From: Acidobacteriota bacterium
Lineage (GTDB): Bacteria > Acidobacteriota > Thermoanaerobaculia > Thermoanaerobaculales > Sulfomarinibacteraceae
DNA length: 64,000 nt
Direction of reading: 5' to 3'
Assembly (NCBI GenBank): GCA_022340775.1
Contig: JAJDNH010000025.1
Span: 2,007 to 66,006 of the forward strand
Of this stretch, positions 28,831-37,543 are shown piece by piece. The translations under genes and the position numbers were made by a program. The notes below the pieces were generated by a model that was not told the DNA's origin, searched no databases, and saw only the letters and a program-made list of their open reading frames with translations. The stretch's first letter is position 1, and the number at the start of each line of letters is the position of its first letter.

Positions 28831-28859
28831 TTGCGCAAACTGGCCAGCGCTGCTAGAAT
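28831..28859 (+). promoter_or_regulatory. Sigma70-like promoter for the cytochrome gene (TTGCGC-17 nt-TAGAAT)
   Basis: -35 is at 28831-28836 and -10 at 28854-28859 with exact 17-nt spacing, about 50 nt upstream of ATG 28910. Confidence 0.35.
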
Positions 28860-28909
28860 CCGCGTCGCACGCCGCGCGGCGCCGGCCGCAGGCGGGGGGG
28901 ACCGAGAGA

Positions 28910-30373
28910 ATGGCTGACCTATCCAAGCGGCGAGACACTCTGGGCCGGGCTTTCAACTACGCCAACAACCCGACGACGCTGACTGGGATCGTGATCGCGA
29001 CGGTCGCGGCACTGACGATCATCATCTTCATGGTCGCGCAGTTGGCGGGTGCCTTCAAGAATCCGTACATCGGCATCTTCTCCTACCTGGTGCTGCCGGC
29101 GCTGTTCGTGCTCGGCCTGCTGATTATCCCGGTCGGGATGTGGCGTCGCCGCAGGAAGCTCGTGGCCTCGGGAGCGACGGTGGAGGAGCTGTCTCACTAC
29201 CCCCGCCTCGACTTCAACGATCCGCACCTGCGACGCATCGCGACCATCGTCCTCGTGCTGACGGGCGTCAACGCGATTATCCTGGGTTCGACGTCCTACC
29301 TGGCGGTCGATGAGATGGATACGGTCCAGTTCTGCGGTGCGACCTGCCATACCGTGATGCGCCCCGAGTACACCGCATACCAGCAGTCCGCGCACTCGAG
29401 GGTGCGCTGCGTCGAGTGCCACATCGGCCCGGGAGCGTCCTGGTTCGTGCGCTCCAAGCTGGATGGCCTCCGTCAGGTCTGGAAGACCGCGTGGGGGACC
29501 TACGACCGACCGATCGAAACCCCCCTCCACAACCTGCGCCCCGCGCGCGAAACGTGCGAGCAATGTCATTGGCCGGAGAAGCACCACGGCGACAAGCTCG
29601 CAGTTTTCGCTCGTTACGGAACCGACGAGAAGAACACGGCGAGCTACACCGTCATGTTGCTCAAGACCGGTGGCGGCAGCCTCGATCTCGGGAGCCATGG
29701 CGGCATCCACTGGTGGCACATCTACTCCGACAACAAGATCCGCTACGTCTCCACGGATGCGAGACGGCAGAAGATCGGCTGGGTCGAGCTGACCACCCCG
29801 GATGGCAAGGTCCGCACCTACACGCGGCCCGGGGAAAAGGCACCGTCGGCCGAGGAGATCGCGGCCAAGGCGCGTGTCATGGACTGCATCGACTGCCACA
29901 ACCGGCCGACCCATCTGTTCAAACCGCCGGCGAAGGCCCTCGATGACGTGCTGGAGGCGCACAAGGCGTACGCAAGTCTGCCGTTCTACAAGCGGACGGC
30001 GCTGGCGGCGATCAACGACGACTACCCGGATCACGACACCGGCGTGGCACGGGTCCGCCAGGCGATAATCGACTTCTATTCCAAGACCTATCCGGAAGTG
30101 GCGCGGGACCAGGGGAAGATGGTCGCGGCAGCGGCCGACGCCGCCTCCGAGGTGTACGCCCGTTCGGAGTTCCCCGAGATGCACACGACCTGGCGCACGC
30201 ACCCCAACGACCTCGGCCATGACGACTTCCCAGGATGTTGGCGGTGTCACGACGACGAGATGCAAACCGCTGACGGCAAACACACCATTCCGCAGGACTG
30301 TGATACCTGCCACGTCTTCCTCGTGGAGGACAGCCCGACCCCGCCGGTGCTCGCGGATCTGGTCGAGAAGTAG
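28910..30373 (+). CDS. Membrane-anchored multihaem cytochrome c (six CxxCH; NapC/NirT-like N-terminal part)
   Basis: It has three N-terminal TM helices. Haem motifs are CGATCH, CVECH, CEQCH, CIDCH, CWRCH and CDTCH. The start is at MADLSKRR. Confidence 0.85.
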   Translation: MADLSKRRDTLGRAFNYANNPTTLTGIVIATVAALTIIIFMVAQLAGAFKNPYIGIFSYLVLPALFVLGLLIIPVGMWRRRRKLVASGATVEELSHYPRLDFNDPHLRRIATIVLVLTGVNAIILGSTSYLAVDEMDTVQFCGATCHTVMRPEYTAYQQSAHSRVRCVECHIGPGASWFVRSKLDGLRQVWKTAWGTYDRPIETPLHNLRPARETCEQCHWPEKHHGDKLAVFARYGTDEKNTASYTVMLLKTGGGSLDLGSHGGIHWWHIYSDNKIRYVSTDARRQKIGWVELTTPDGKVRTYTRPGEKAPSAEEIAAKARVMDCIDCHNRPTHLFKPPAKALDDVLEAHKAYASLPFYKRTALAAINDDYPDHDTGVARVRQAIIDFYSKTYPEVARDQGKMVAAAADAASEVYARSEFPEMHTTWRTHPNDLGHDDFPGCWRCHDDEMQTADGKHTIPQDCDTCHVFLVEDSPTPPVLADLVEK

Positions 30374-30457
30374 GCCCGCCACCGCGCGACGGCGACCGCT
30401 GCCGGATGGGGCCGTCCGGCCCTTGTGTCCCTGGTGCTCGCGGGCTATATTGGGACC

Positions 30458-31198
30458 ATGCGAGGCCGCAGCGCGTTGCAGGTGGCGATCGTGCTGGCCG
30501 TCGTGGGTATTGCGACGGCGGCTGTGGGCGGGGAGCGGTTCATTCCGGTCGTGGCACAGGTCCAGGGAGCCGAAGGTGCTTACTGGAACACCGAGCTGTG
30601 GGTGTCGAACGTCTCCGACGCGGTTGGAACCTACGTTCTGACCTTCCTGCCCTCCGGCAGCGACAACTCGCGGCTGCTGGCCGAGGAGGTTTCTCCAATC
30701 AGCATCGGTCCCGGCGAGACGGTTCACCTGCGGGATGTGGTTCCCCCGGGGAGTACGGGGGCGCTTCGCTTTGCGGGTTCGGAGGGCGTGGTGGTGCGCT
30801 GCCGAGTCTACAACGCCCGCGGGCAGAGCTCGGTGGGGCAAATGGTGCCGGCGTTGACCCGCGAAGAGATGGTTCGTGCTGGAGGCGAGGGCGTGCTGGT
30901 GCCGCTCGTCCGCAGCTCGTCGTTCCGCACCAACGTCGGGTTCTTCAACCCAGGAGAGAACGCCATCAGGGTCCACGCAGTGCTGGTCGACGCCCACGGG
31001 CAGCGGGTTGGCGCGGCAAGCTATGGTGTCGAGCCGGGCTCGCAGGTGCAGATCAACGATTTTCTGCTTTCCTACCGGGTCAGCAAGGCAGATGGCTACC
31101 AGGTGGTTCTCACCGCCAACGACACCTTTGCGGCGTACGCTACGATCGTCGACAGCAGAAGCGGCGCCGCGGTCTTTGTCCTTCCGGTCGTCCGGTAG
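30458..31198 (+). CDS. Hypothetical secreted protein, beta-rich
   Basis: Signal peptide MRGRSALQVAIVLAVVGIATAAVG, with balanced composition unlike the antisense ORF. No family recognised. Confidence 0.5.
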   Translation: MRGRSALQVAIVLAVVGIATAAVGGERFIPVVAQVQGAEGAYWNTELWVSNVSDAVGTYVLTFLPSGSDNSRLLAEEVSPISIGPGETVHLRDVVPPGSTGALRFAGSEGVVVRCRVYNARGQSSVGQMVPALTREEMVRAGGEGVLVPLVRSSSFRTNVGFFNPGENAIRVHAVLVDAHGQRVGAASYGVEPGSQVQINDFLLSYRVSKADGYQVVLTANDTFAAYATIVDSRSGAAVFVLPVVR

Positions 31199-31321
31199 GT
31201 CGCTCTTCCTCACGGTCGTGACAGCCCGGTCCTCAACAAGGCCAGGGTGAAGGTCTTCTGCGGTATCGTTGAAGAGAATAACTAAATAGTGATATAGTGA
31301 TCGTGACGAAGGGAGGACCGG

Positions 31322-31810
31322 ATGGGAACAGAGCTCCTCGTCGCTGCGGTCGCTGGGGTCACGCTGGGTCTGGCTGGCGCAGCTTTGGCCTTACGGCTGC
31401 TCGCCCGGCACTTGCTGATTGTCGAGAAAGCAAGCCCGCTCGGTTTCGATGAGACTGTCGAGGGCATCGTCAAGGAGGCCGAGAAGAGCGGTTGGAGAGT
31501 ACCGATCGTGCACCAGCTGCACGGCTCGGCGCAAGAGGCGTCAGGTCACCTGTTACTTCCAGCCTCCGTTATCGAGCTCAGCCGGCCCGACTACGCGGCA
31601 GTGGTCCTCGGCAACGACGGCGGCCGGATGGCCAGCTCGCTGATGCCGTGTCGTGTGGCGGTGTACATGACGGCCGACGGTGAGGTGACCGTCTCGCGGG
31701 CCAATACGCGCCTTCTGCGACGCATGTTCGGAGGCGTGGTTTCCAGGGTGATGGGCCAAGCTACCGCGGATGCCGAGCAGTTTGTCGGCTCCGCCCTGAC
31801 GAGGACCTGA
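31322..31810 (+). CDS. DUF302 domain protein with N-terminal membrane anchor
   Basis: ELSRPDYAAVVLGND..MASSLMPCRVAVYMTADGEVTVS resembles the DUF302 core. GGGAGGA SD is present. Confidence 0.65.
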   Translation: MGTELLVAAVAGVTLGLAGAALALRLLARHLLIVEKASPLGFDETVEGIVKEAEKSGWRVPIVHQLHGSAQEASGHLLLPASVIELSRPDYAAVVLGNDGGRMASSLMPCRVAVYMTADGEVTVSRANTRLLRRMFGGVVSRVMGQATADAEQFVGSALTRT

Positions 31811-31823
31811 CCCGGTCATTGTG

Positions 31824-33158
31824 TCAGCGGCGGTTGAGGGCTCGCTCCAGGCGGCGCAACCGCTTCTTGATGGCGCGCGCCTCTTTCTTGCGATGTAGGG
31901 AGCGCAGCAGACCATACTGCCGTTGCAGGACCGGCAGCAGTGACTGGTCGCTGGCTCCGCGGACGTTCTCCAGGCGATGCAGGAGCTCCGCGTTCGCATC
32001 GACGGCCTGTGTAGAGCGGCCGGCGGTGGTCAGGAGAGCGGCCCGATCTTGGAGGGCGCGGAGCTCCGCGGCGGTGTTCCCGGACTCACGGTATTCGCCG
32101 ATGAGCTGTGTGAGCGAGGTGAGGACGGTGTCGGTGTCGCCGGCGAGGGCGGCACAGCGCAGGAGCCGCTGTCGGGTCTGCACCAGCGCCGGGTCGTCGG
32201 GCGGGAGCTGCCGCTTCTGGAGCGCGGCCAGCTCCTCGAGCCGCCGACGTGCCTCCTCGACCGCGGGTTTTCCTTTCCCAGCCCCCATCAGGTCCACGAG
32301 CCCGGCATCGCTGTGCGGCATCTGCAGCCATGCTGCGTCGGCGAGAGTCGCGCGGGCGGCGAGCTGCGCCTTCTCCGACGGTTGGCTCGCCAATGCCCGA
32401 TTGGCTAACTGGTCCGCTATGTTCGGATGACCGGCGCCGAGGGCGAGAGCGGCGCCGCGTGCCAGCACGATGGCGGCATCCTCCGGCCGATCCCCTTTTG
32501 CTACGAGCTTGAAGGCCTTGATCAAGAGCTGCTCACCGGCCTCCGGTGAGCCGTGGCGTAGCTCGAGCTTGGCCAGCGTCTCGAGCATGGCTGCCCGCTC
32601 TGCGTTGTCAGCCGTGCCGGAGTCGAGAAGCGCGACGGCCTGACGCTGGTAAGAAAGTGCGTCGCCCTCGTGCCCGTCCAGGACAGCCATCCGTGCCAGT
32701 GCGGCCAGCACCAGCCGGTGTTGGTCGGGGTCCGCAGCGGGGTTGGCGGCGGCCAGCTTGGCGTAGCGGCCGAAGCTAGCTTCGGCGGTTGCAGGATCGC
32801 CGGCGGCAACGGCGACGCGGCCGAGCGCAGCAAGAGCGTCGAGCAGCTCTGGGCTGTCCTCGCCGGCGCGCACCTCGATTGCCGCGACCAACAGGCCGTA
32901 CATCGATTGGGCCTGGTCGAGCTGCCCTTGGTGCTCGTACAGGCGGCCGAGGTCCTCCAGGGTTCGTTCGAGCCGCCGGTCCCCAGGTCGAAACCCGTTG
33001 GCAATCCGCAGTGCCGCCTTGAGCTCTGTCTCGGCACGCTCGACCTGGCCATGAGCGTAGTACCACTCACCAGCCGCGAAATGCTGGTACCAGTCGCCGT
33101 TGTTGGAATGAGCGATGACAGCGGTGAAGAGAAGCAGCACCAGCACCAAACGTCGCAT
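31824..33158 (-). CDS. TPR-repeat protein with signal peptide
   Basis: MRRLVLVLLLFTAVIAHS, then repeated A/L/Y-rich 34-aa-type helical repeats (WYYAHGQVERAETELKAALRI..). The start is ATG 33158. Confidence 0.7.
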   Translation of the reverse strand: MRRLVLVLLLFTAVIAHSNNGDWYQHFAAGEWYYAHGQVERAETELKAALRIANGFRPGDRRLERTLEDLGRLYEHQGQLDQAQSMYGLLVAAIEVRAGEDSPELLDALAALGRVAVAAGDPATAEASFGRYAKLAAANPAADPDQHRLVLAALARMAVLDGHEGDALSYQRQAVALLDSGTADNAERAAMLETLAKLELRHGSPEAGEQLLIKAFKLVAKGDRPEDAAIVLARGAALALGAGHPNIADQLANRALASQPSEKAQLAARATLADAAWLQMPHSDAGLVDLMGAGKGKPAVEEARRRLEELAALQKRQLPPDDPALVQTRQRLLRCAALAGDTDTVLTSLTQLIGEYRESGNTAAELRALQDRAALLTTAGRSTQAVDANAELLHRLENVRGASDQSLLPVLQRQYGLLRSLHRKKEARAIKKRLRRLERALNRR

Positions 33159-33315
33159 CAGGCCGACCTCCGAAACCCTCGGCCGGGATGCCGGGGAGGC
33201 GAGGATACACCAGGCAGGGCCGCCGTTCGATACAACCCTTTGTTGCCCAGCGCCATATTGAGAGTGATGGGTGGCGCGGACAGCTCCCTGAGTTTGTAGC
33301 GAAGGGGACAGACCG

Positions 33316-33813
33316 ATGGCACGGAAGAAACGCATCTTCGTAGATGCCGATGACAGAGCGTGGTTCGTGTGCCGGGAATGTGGTGCGGTGACGACCCTGC
33401 AGGTTCCAAGGCGGTCGGGCTGGTCGACACCGCTGCGGGAGCGGTTTCGTTGCAGCTGTGGCCGATCCCACATCGTCTATCTCGAGCACCGAGTCTCGAC
33501 CCGCCGGGAGGTCTGCCTGCCCGGGACCTACCGGACGGAAGGAGAGGCCGCTGTGCATCAGATGACCGTGCGCAACCTGTCACGGACCGGCCTTGCCTTC
33601 GACATCGGTGAGGGAGAAAGGGCAGTGCCGGGGACCCGCGCCGTGGTCGAGCTCGAGCTCACCCACGCAGAGCGAACGCGCTTCGTCAAGCAGGTTCTCG
33701 TGAGCTGGGTCAATGGCCGCAGGGTGGGCGCCGAGTTCTGGGTCGGGGAGGGCGAGGATGCATACGATCCGCGTTACGACCTGGCCCTGGCCCAGCTCAC
33801 CGCGACCGAGTAA
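33316..33813 (+). CDS. PilZ domain protein with N-terminal Cys4 zinc-ribbon-like segment
   Basis: The Cys pairs are CRECG...CSCG. PilZ motifs are RVSTR (RxxxR) and VRNLSRTGLAF (N-x-S-x-x-G). Confidence 0.7.
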   Translation: MARKKRIFVDADDRAWFVCRECGAVTTLQVPRRSGWSTPLRERFRCSCGRSHIVYLEHRVSTRREVCLPGTYRTEGEAAVHQMTVRNLSRTGLAFDIGEGERAVPGTRAVVELELTHAERTRFVKQVLVSWVNGRRVGAEFWVGEGEDAYDPRYDLALAQLTATE

Positions 33814-33921
33814 GGTGGCGCCAGGAGCCGGGGGTGGCGGTCGTCGGTCACCGCTGACCATGTACACTGTCTTGACTTGACATGCTCCGTCCGGCAGGAC
33901 GACGAGGGAAGGAGGTAGGGG

Positions 33922-35250
33922 ATGCGAAAGCGGGGATTGCTCGTGGCGGCCGTGGCCGTGGCCGCGACGATTGCGCCGGGGTGCTCCAAGCTCCAGGCGC
34001 CGGCACAGAGTGAGGCCGGCGCGTACAAGGCGGCGAAGGCCGCCTACTACAAAGCCGAGACTTCGCAGCAAAAGGCCAAGATTGGCGAGGACTACCTGGG
34101 GAAGTACCCGGGCGGCCAGCATGCGGCCGGTATGGCCAGCCTCGTGATCGAGTACGAAGGCCATCAGCTGAAAGAGCCTGATCGAGCGTTTGCCACGGTT
34201 GACGGTGCGCTTCAGAAGGTGACGGATCCCGAGGTCCGCTTCGAGGTCGGGATGGAGCTGCTGCCGTTGTCCTATGAGGTCAACAAGCCGATCGACCTCG
34301 ATCAGCTCGTTCAAGGCCTCGAGGGCAAGCGACCTCTGACCTTCAACGAGAACTTGGATGTCATGGAGGCGGCGGCGAAGCACGAGAGGTGGCAGCTGGC
34401 CGAGGCGCGGGCCGACCTGGCGCTGGGCCAGGCGACCCCTGAGACGTACAGGGCCGACCATCCCAACAGCAAGGCGGGCGACGCCGCGATCAAGCGCGCC
34501 GTGAGCCGGCGGTCCACGTATGCCCTCGCCTACAAGGCATGGGCGCTGTTCAACCTGGGACACCAGGACGAGGCCATGAGCCTGTTCAAGACGGCGGACA
34601 AAGATGCCACGTTCAACTACCTCGGTGTCTGCAACACGCCCCTACGGCAGTTCTGGGGCGAGGCCGAGCTGGCGCAGGGCAACTGGGCCCGTGCAAGCGA
34701 GCTGCTGGAGCCATCGGCCCTGTTCGGAGCCAATGACACGGCTCTGGCGGACTTGCGCAAGGCGTACGCCGGTCGTCATGGCTCGGAGGCGGGCTTTGAT
34801 GCCTACCTGTGGAAGGAGCGCGAACGGCGGGCCCGCAAGGTCGATGACTTCAAGCTGCCCGACTACAAGGGCACGAACCACAAGCTTTCATCCCTGGAAG
34901 GGAAGGTGACCTACCTGGCGTTCTGGTTCCCCACCTGAGGCGGTTGCCGCGCGGAGTTGCCGCGCCTGCAGCCGCTTTACGAGAAGTACCGGGACCGCGG
35001 GTTCAGGGTCGTTGCCGTGGAGGCCACGCACAACACCGATGCTGCCAAGAAGTTCATCGCGGAGAAGGGCCTGACGTACAGCTTCCTCGAGGACAATGAC
35101 AACGCCAACGTGGTTCATGGCCTGTTCGGTGTTCACTCGTTTCCGACTGCCTACGTGATCGACCGAGACGGCAAGATCATGTACTACCACCTCGGTTTCG
35201 AGCCGGGAGACGAGAAGACAATCTCCGAGGAAATCGAGACATTGCTGTAG
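33922..35250 (+). CDS. Lipoprotein with helical-repeat N-domain and C-terminal TlpA/ResA-like thioredoxin fold; in-frame TGA (34936-34938) read as selenocysteine in a UxxC motif
   Basis: ORFs 33922..34938 and 34957..35250 share a frame. The junction reads FWFPT-U-GGCRAELPRLQPLYEKYRDRGFRVVAVE and aligns to WCxxCRxE of TlpA-like proteins. A hairpin lies immediately 3' of the UGA. Confidence 0.7.
34940..34975 (+). promoter_or_regulatory. SECIS-like stem-loop immediately downstream of the in-frame UGA
   Basis: An 8-bp lower stem (34940-47 with 34968-75, one G.U) and a 6-bp upper stem (34949-54 with 34960-65) are capped by pentaloop AGUUG. The loop GU lies 21-22 nt from the U of UGA. Confidence 0.55.
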
Positions 35251-35403
35251 CTGCAGCAGGGCCGAAGGCTGGTTTCGGGGTGGATTGACGTTCGACAGGA
35301 ACCGGTGCCGCGGACACGGCCAGGAGGCCTTTGGGTCTCTTTCTTGGCTAGGCGGGCTGGATGCGCAGCACATGCCCCCAGAGGTCGGCTACAATCGCTA
35401 GCC

Positions 35404-37536
35404 ATGAAACGATGGCTCCTCATTGCCGTTGCGGTGATGGCCGTCAGCGGCAGCGCCATGGCGGCCGCTGACGGGCGTCTGATCATCCTCGGTTTCGACG
35501 GCGCCGATGCGCGCCTGACCGAGAAGTGGATGGCCGAAGGCGAGCTGCCCAACCTCGCCAGGCTGGCGGAGGCGGGCGGATACGCGCGGCTGAATCCCAC
35601 GGTTCCAGCTCAGACGCCGGTCTCGTGGTCGACCTTCACGACCGGTCGCGATCCCGGAGGCACCCGGATCTTCGACTTCCTGGTCCGTGACCCAAACACC
35701 TACATGCCGGCGTTCGGGGTCGCACAGGAAACCGAGCGCCAGTTCCTGTGGGGGAAGCACAACCCGGTGGTTCTGCTGGCAATCGCCGCGGTAGCCGGCT
35801 GGCTGCTGCTTTTCGTGCCGCTGAGGCTGTTCAAGCGACGTTGGGCGTGGGCGACGGCGCTGCTGCCGGCTGTCCTGTTGGGAGCCGGCGCCTTCTGGGT
35901 CGGAAGCCACTGGGTCCCGACCAAGATCCCACAGGTCATCAACAACCGTCAGGGCACGCCCTTCTGGCGAGTAGCGGGTGAGCACGGGATCGAGTCAGTG
36001 GTCGGGCGCATCCCTGTGACCTTCCCGGCGCGGCCGTTCCCAAATGGGCACCTGCTGTCCGGCCTGGGCGTGCCCGATGTGCGGGGGCGAATCGGCAGTC
36101 CGTCGCTGTTCACGTCAGATCCCTTCTTCAACCTCGGTTCGGACAACGAGTTCTCCATCGAGGTGGTCCACCTCTCGAAGGCCAGCGGCACTATCCACAC
36201 CAAGATTCCCGGCCCCCCGAACCGGCTCTTCGGATCGCCGCCGGAAATCGATGCCCCCCTGACGCTGACGGTTGCCAAGGACCGCAAAGCCCTCGAGCTC
36301 GAGACCTGTGGCCAACACGTGACCCTGCATCCTGGCGAGTGGAGCCCATGGATGTCGGTAGCGTTCAAGTTCAACCCGCTGCTCGCGGTGCATGCTCTGG
36401 CCCGCTTCCGGTTGCTCCAGCTCAACCCGGAGATCCGCCTCTACCTGACGTCGTTGCAGTTCGATCCGGAACACCTGCCGCCCGGCTTCCTGATCTCGGC
36501 GCCCGCAAACTGGGCGGCCATCCTCAAACGTGAGGTGGGTCCATACAAGACCGCGGGCTGGGCTGTCGACACATGGGGTGTGAGCGAAAGAGTGGTCGAT
36601 GAGGACGTATTTCTCGAGGACGTGAAGAATACCGAGGAGGCGTTCCGCGCACAGCTCAGAAGGTTCCTCGTCGGCAACGAGCGGCTCCTGGTCCAGTACT
36701 TCGAGTTCACCGACCGGGTCGGTCACATCCTCTTCCGTTTCATGGACCCGGGCCATCCGGCGTACGATCCTGCGCGCGCTCCCCGATACCAGAAGGCGTT
36801 CCTCGACACCTACAAGACCATGGACTCGATCGTCGGCGAGGTTGAAAAGAGCCTGCATCCCAATGACGTACTCATCGTGCTGTCGGACCACGGTTTCTCG
36901 AGTTGGCGACGCTCGTTCAACATCAACACCTGGCTGGCCCGCAACGGATACCTGGCACTGACGGGCGGTAAGGGCAAGGTTCAGGACCTGGAGACGCTGT
37001 TCGACCGCGGCCAGTTCTGGCCCAACGTCGATTGGAGCCGCAGCAAGGCCTACTCGCTGGGCCTTGGCGGGCTTTACATCAACCTGAAGGGGCGCGAGGC
37101 GAAGGGTACCGTAGCGGCCGGCAGCGAGTATGAGAACCTCCGCCGGGAGCTGGCTCGGCGCCTGGAGGCGATTGTCGATCCCGAGACCGGGGTTCACCCC
37201 GTGGCCAAGGTCTACATGCGCGAAGAGGTGTACCACACGTTCGATCCGGACATCGTTCCCGACATGATCGTGACCACCGCTCAGAACTACCGCATCTCCT
37301 GGCAGAGCGCGTTGGGCGGGATGCCGTCCGAGCTGTTCATGGACAATGCGCGGCCGTGGAGCGGCGACCACTGCACGATGAACCCGGCCGTCGTGCAGGG
37401 CATCCTGTTCGCCAACCGCCCTCTCGAGCGCCAGCAGGTCGACATGATCGACGTGTACCCTACGGTGTTGGGCCTCCTCAAGCAGGAGCCTCCCGAGAAG
37501 CTGGAGGGAACTCCGTTCATCCGTACCGGCGGCTGA
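35404..37536 (+). CDS. Alkaline-phosphatase superfamily enzyme (type I phosphodiesterase/nucleotide pyrophosphatase-like) with an inserted TM hairpin
   Basis: Signal peptide, then ILGFDGAD..PTVPAQTPVSWSTFTTG (metal/nucleophile Thr region) and LSDHGF. Two hydrophobic helices fall at about aa 125-165 of the mature protein. Confidence 0.7.
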   Translation: MKRWLLIAVAVMAVSGSAMAAADGRLIILGFDGADARLTEKWMAEGELPNLARLAEAGGYARLNPTVPAQTPVSWSTFTTGRDPGGTRIFDFLVRDPNTYMPAFGVAQETERQFLWGKHNPVVLLAIAAVAGWLLLFVPLRLFKRRWAWATALLPAVLLGAGAFWVGSHWVPTKIPQVINNRQGTPFWRVAGEHGIESVVGRIPVTFPARPFPNGHLLSGLGVPDVRGRIGSPSLFTSDPFFNLGSDNEFSIEVVHLSKASGTIHTKIPGPPNRLFGSPPEIDAPLTLTVAKDRKALELETCGQHVTLHPGEWSPWMSVAFKFNPLLAVHALARFRLLQLNPEIRLYLTSLQFDPEHLPPGFLISAPANWAAILKREVGPYKTAGWAVDTWGVSERVVDEDVFLEDVKNTEEAFRAQLRRFLVGNERLLVQYFEFTDRVGHILFRFMDPGHPAYDPARAPRYQKAFLDTYKTMDSIVGEVEKSLHPNDVLIVLSDHGFSSWRRSFNINTWLARNGYLALTGGKGKVQDLETLFDRGQFWPNVDWSRSKAYSLGLGGLYINLKGREAKGTVAAGSEYENLRRELARRLEAIVDPETGVHPVAKVYMREEVYHTFDPDIVPDMIVTTAQNYRISWQSALGGMPSELFMDNARPWSGDHCTMNPAVVQGILFANRPLERQQVDMIDVYPTVLGLLKQEPPEKLEGTPFIRTGG

Positions 37537-37543
37537 GGAGCCG

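Noticed and set aside
28746-28909. Moco riboswitch in the 164-nt leader region of moeA-moaA
   Set aside because: Several short hairpins are present (GGCAG/CUGCC, GGCGAC/GUCGCC). I could not, however, place the conserved Moco-motif junction sequences, and the spacer also has to hold the divergent cytochrome promoter. I cannot support this without a covariance-model search.
28919-31213. 764-aa ORF on the minus strand
   Set aside because: It is antisense to the six-CxxCH cytochrome gene and the signal-peptide protein. It is Arg/Gly/His-rich and low in complexity, with no motifs. It is a typical stop-poor antisense frame of GC-rich DNA.
31286-31301. Tandem 8-bp direct repeat ATAGTGAT-ATAGTGAT upstream of the DUF302 gene
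   Set aside because: There are only two short copies in an AT-rich promoter-like patch. It is too small to call a repeat element or operator with any confidence.
34957-35250. Stand-alone 97-aa thioredoxin-like gene starting at TTG 34957
   Set aside because: It would lack the CxxC active site and the first beta-strand of the fold, and it has no SD. The missing parts are encoded in frame immediately upstream across a single TGA, so readthrough (Sec) or a nonsense pseudogene explains it better.
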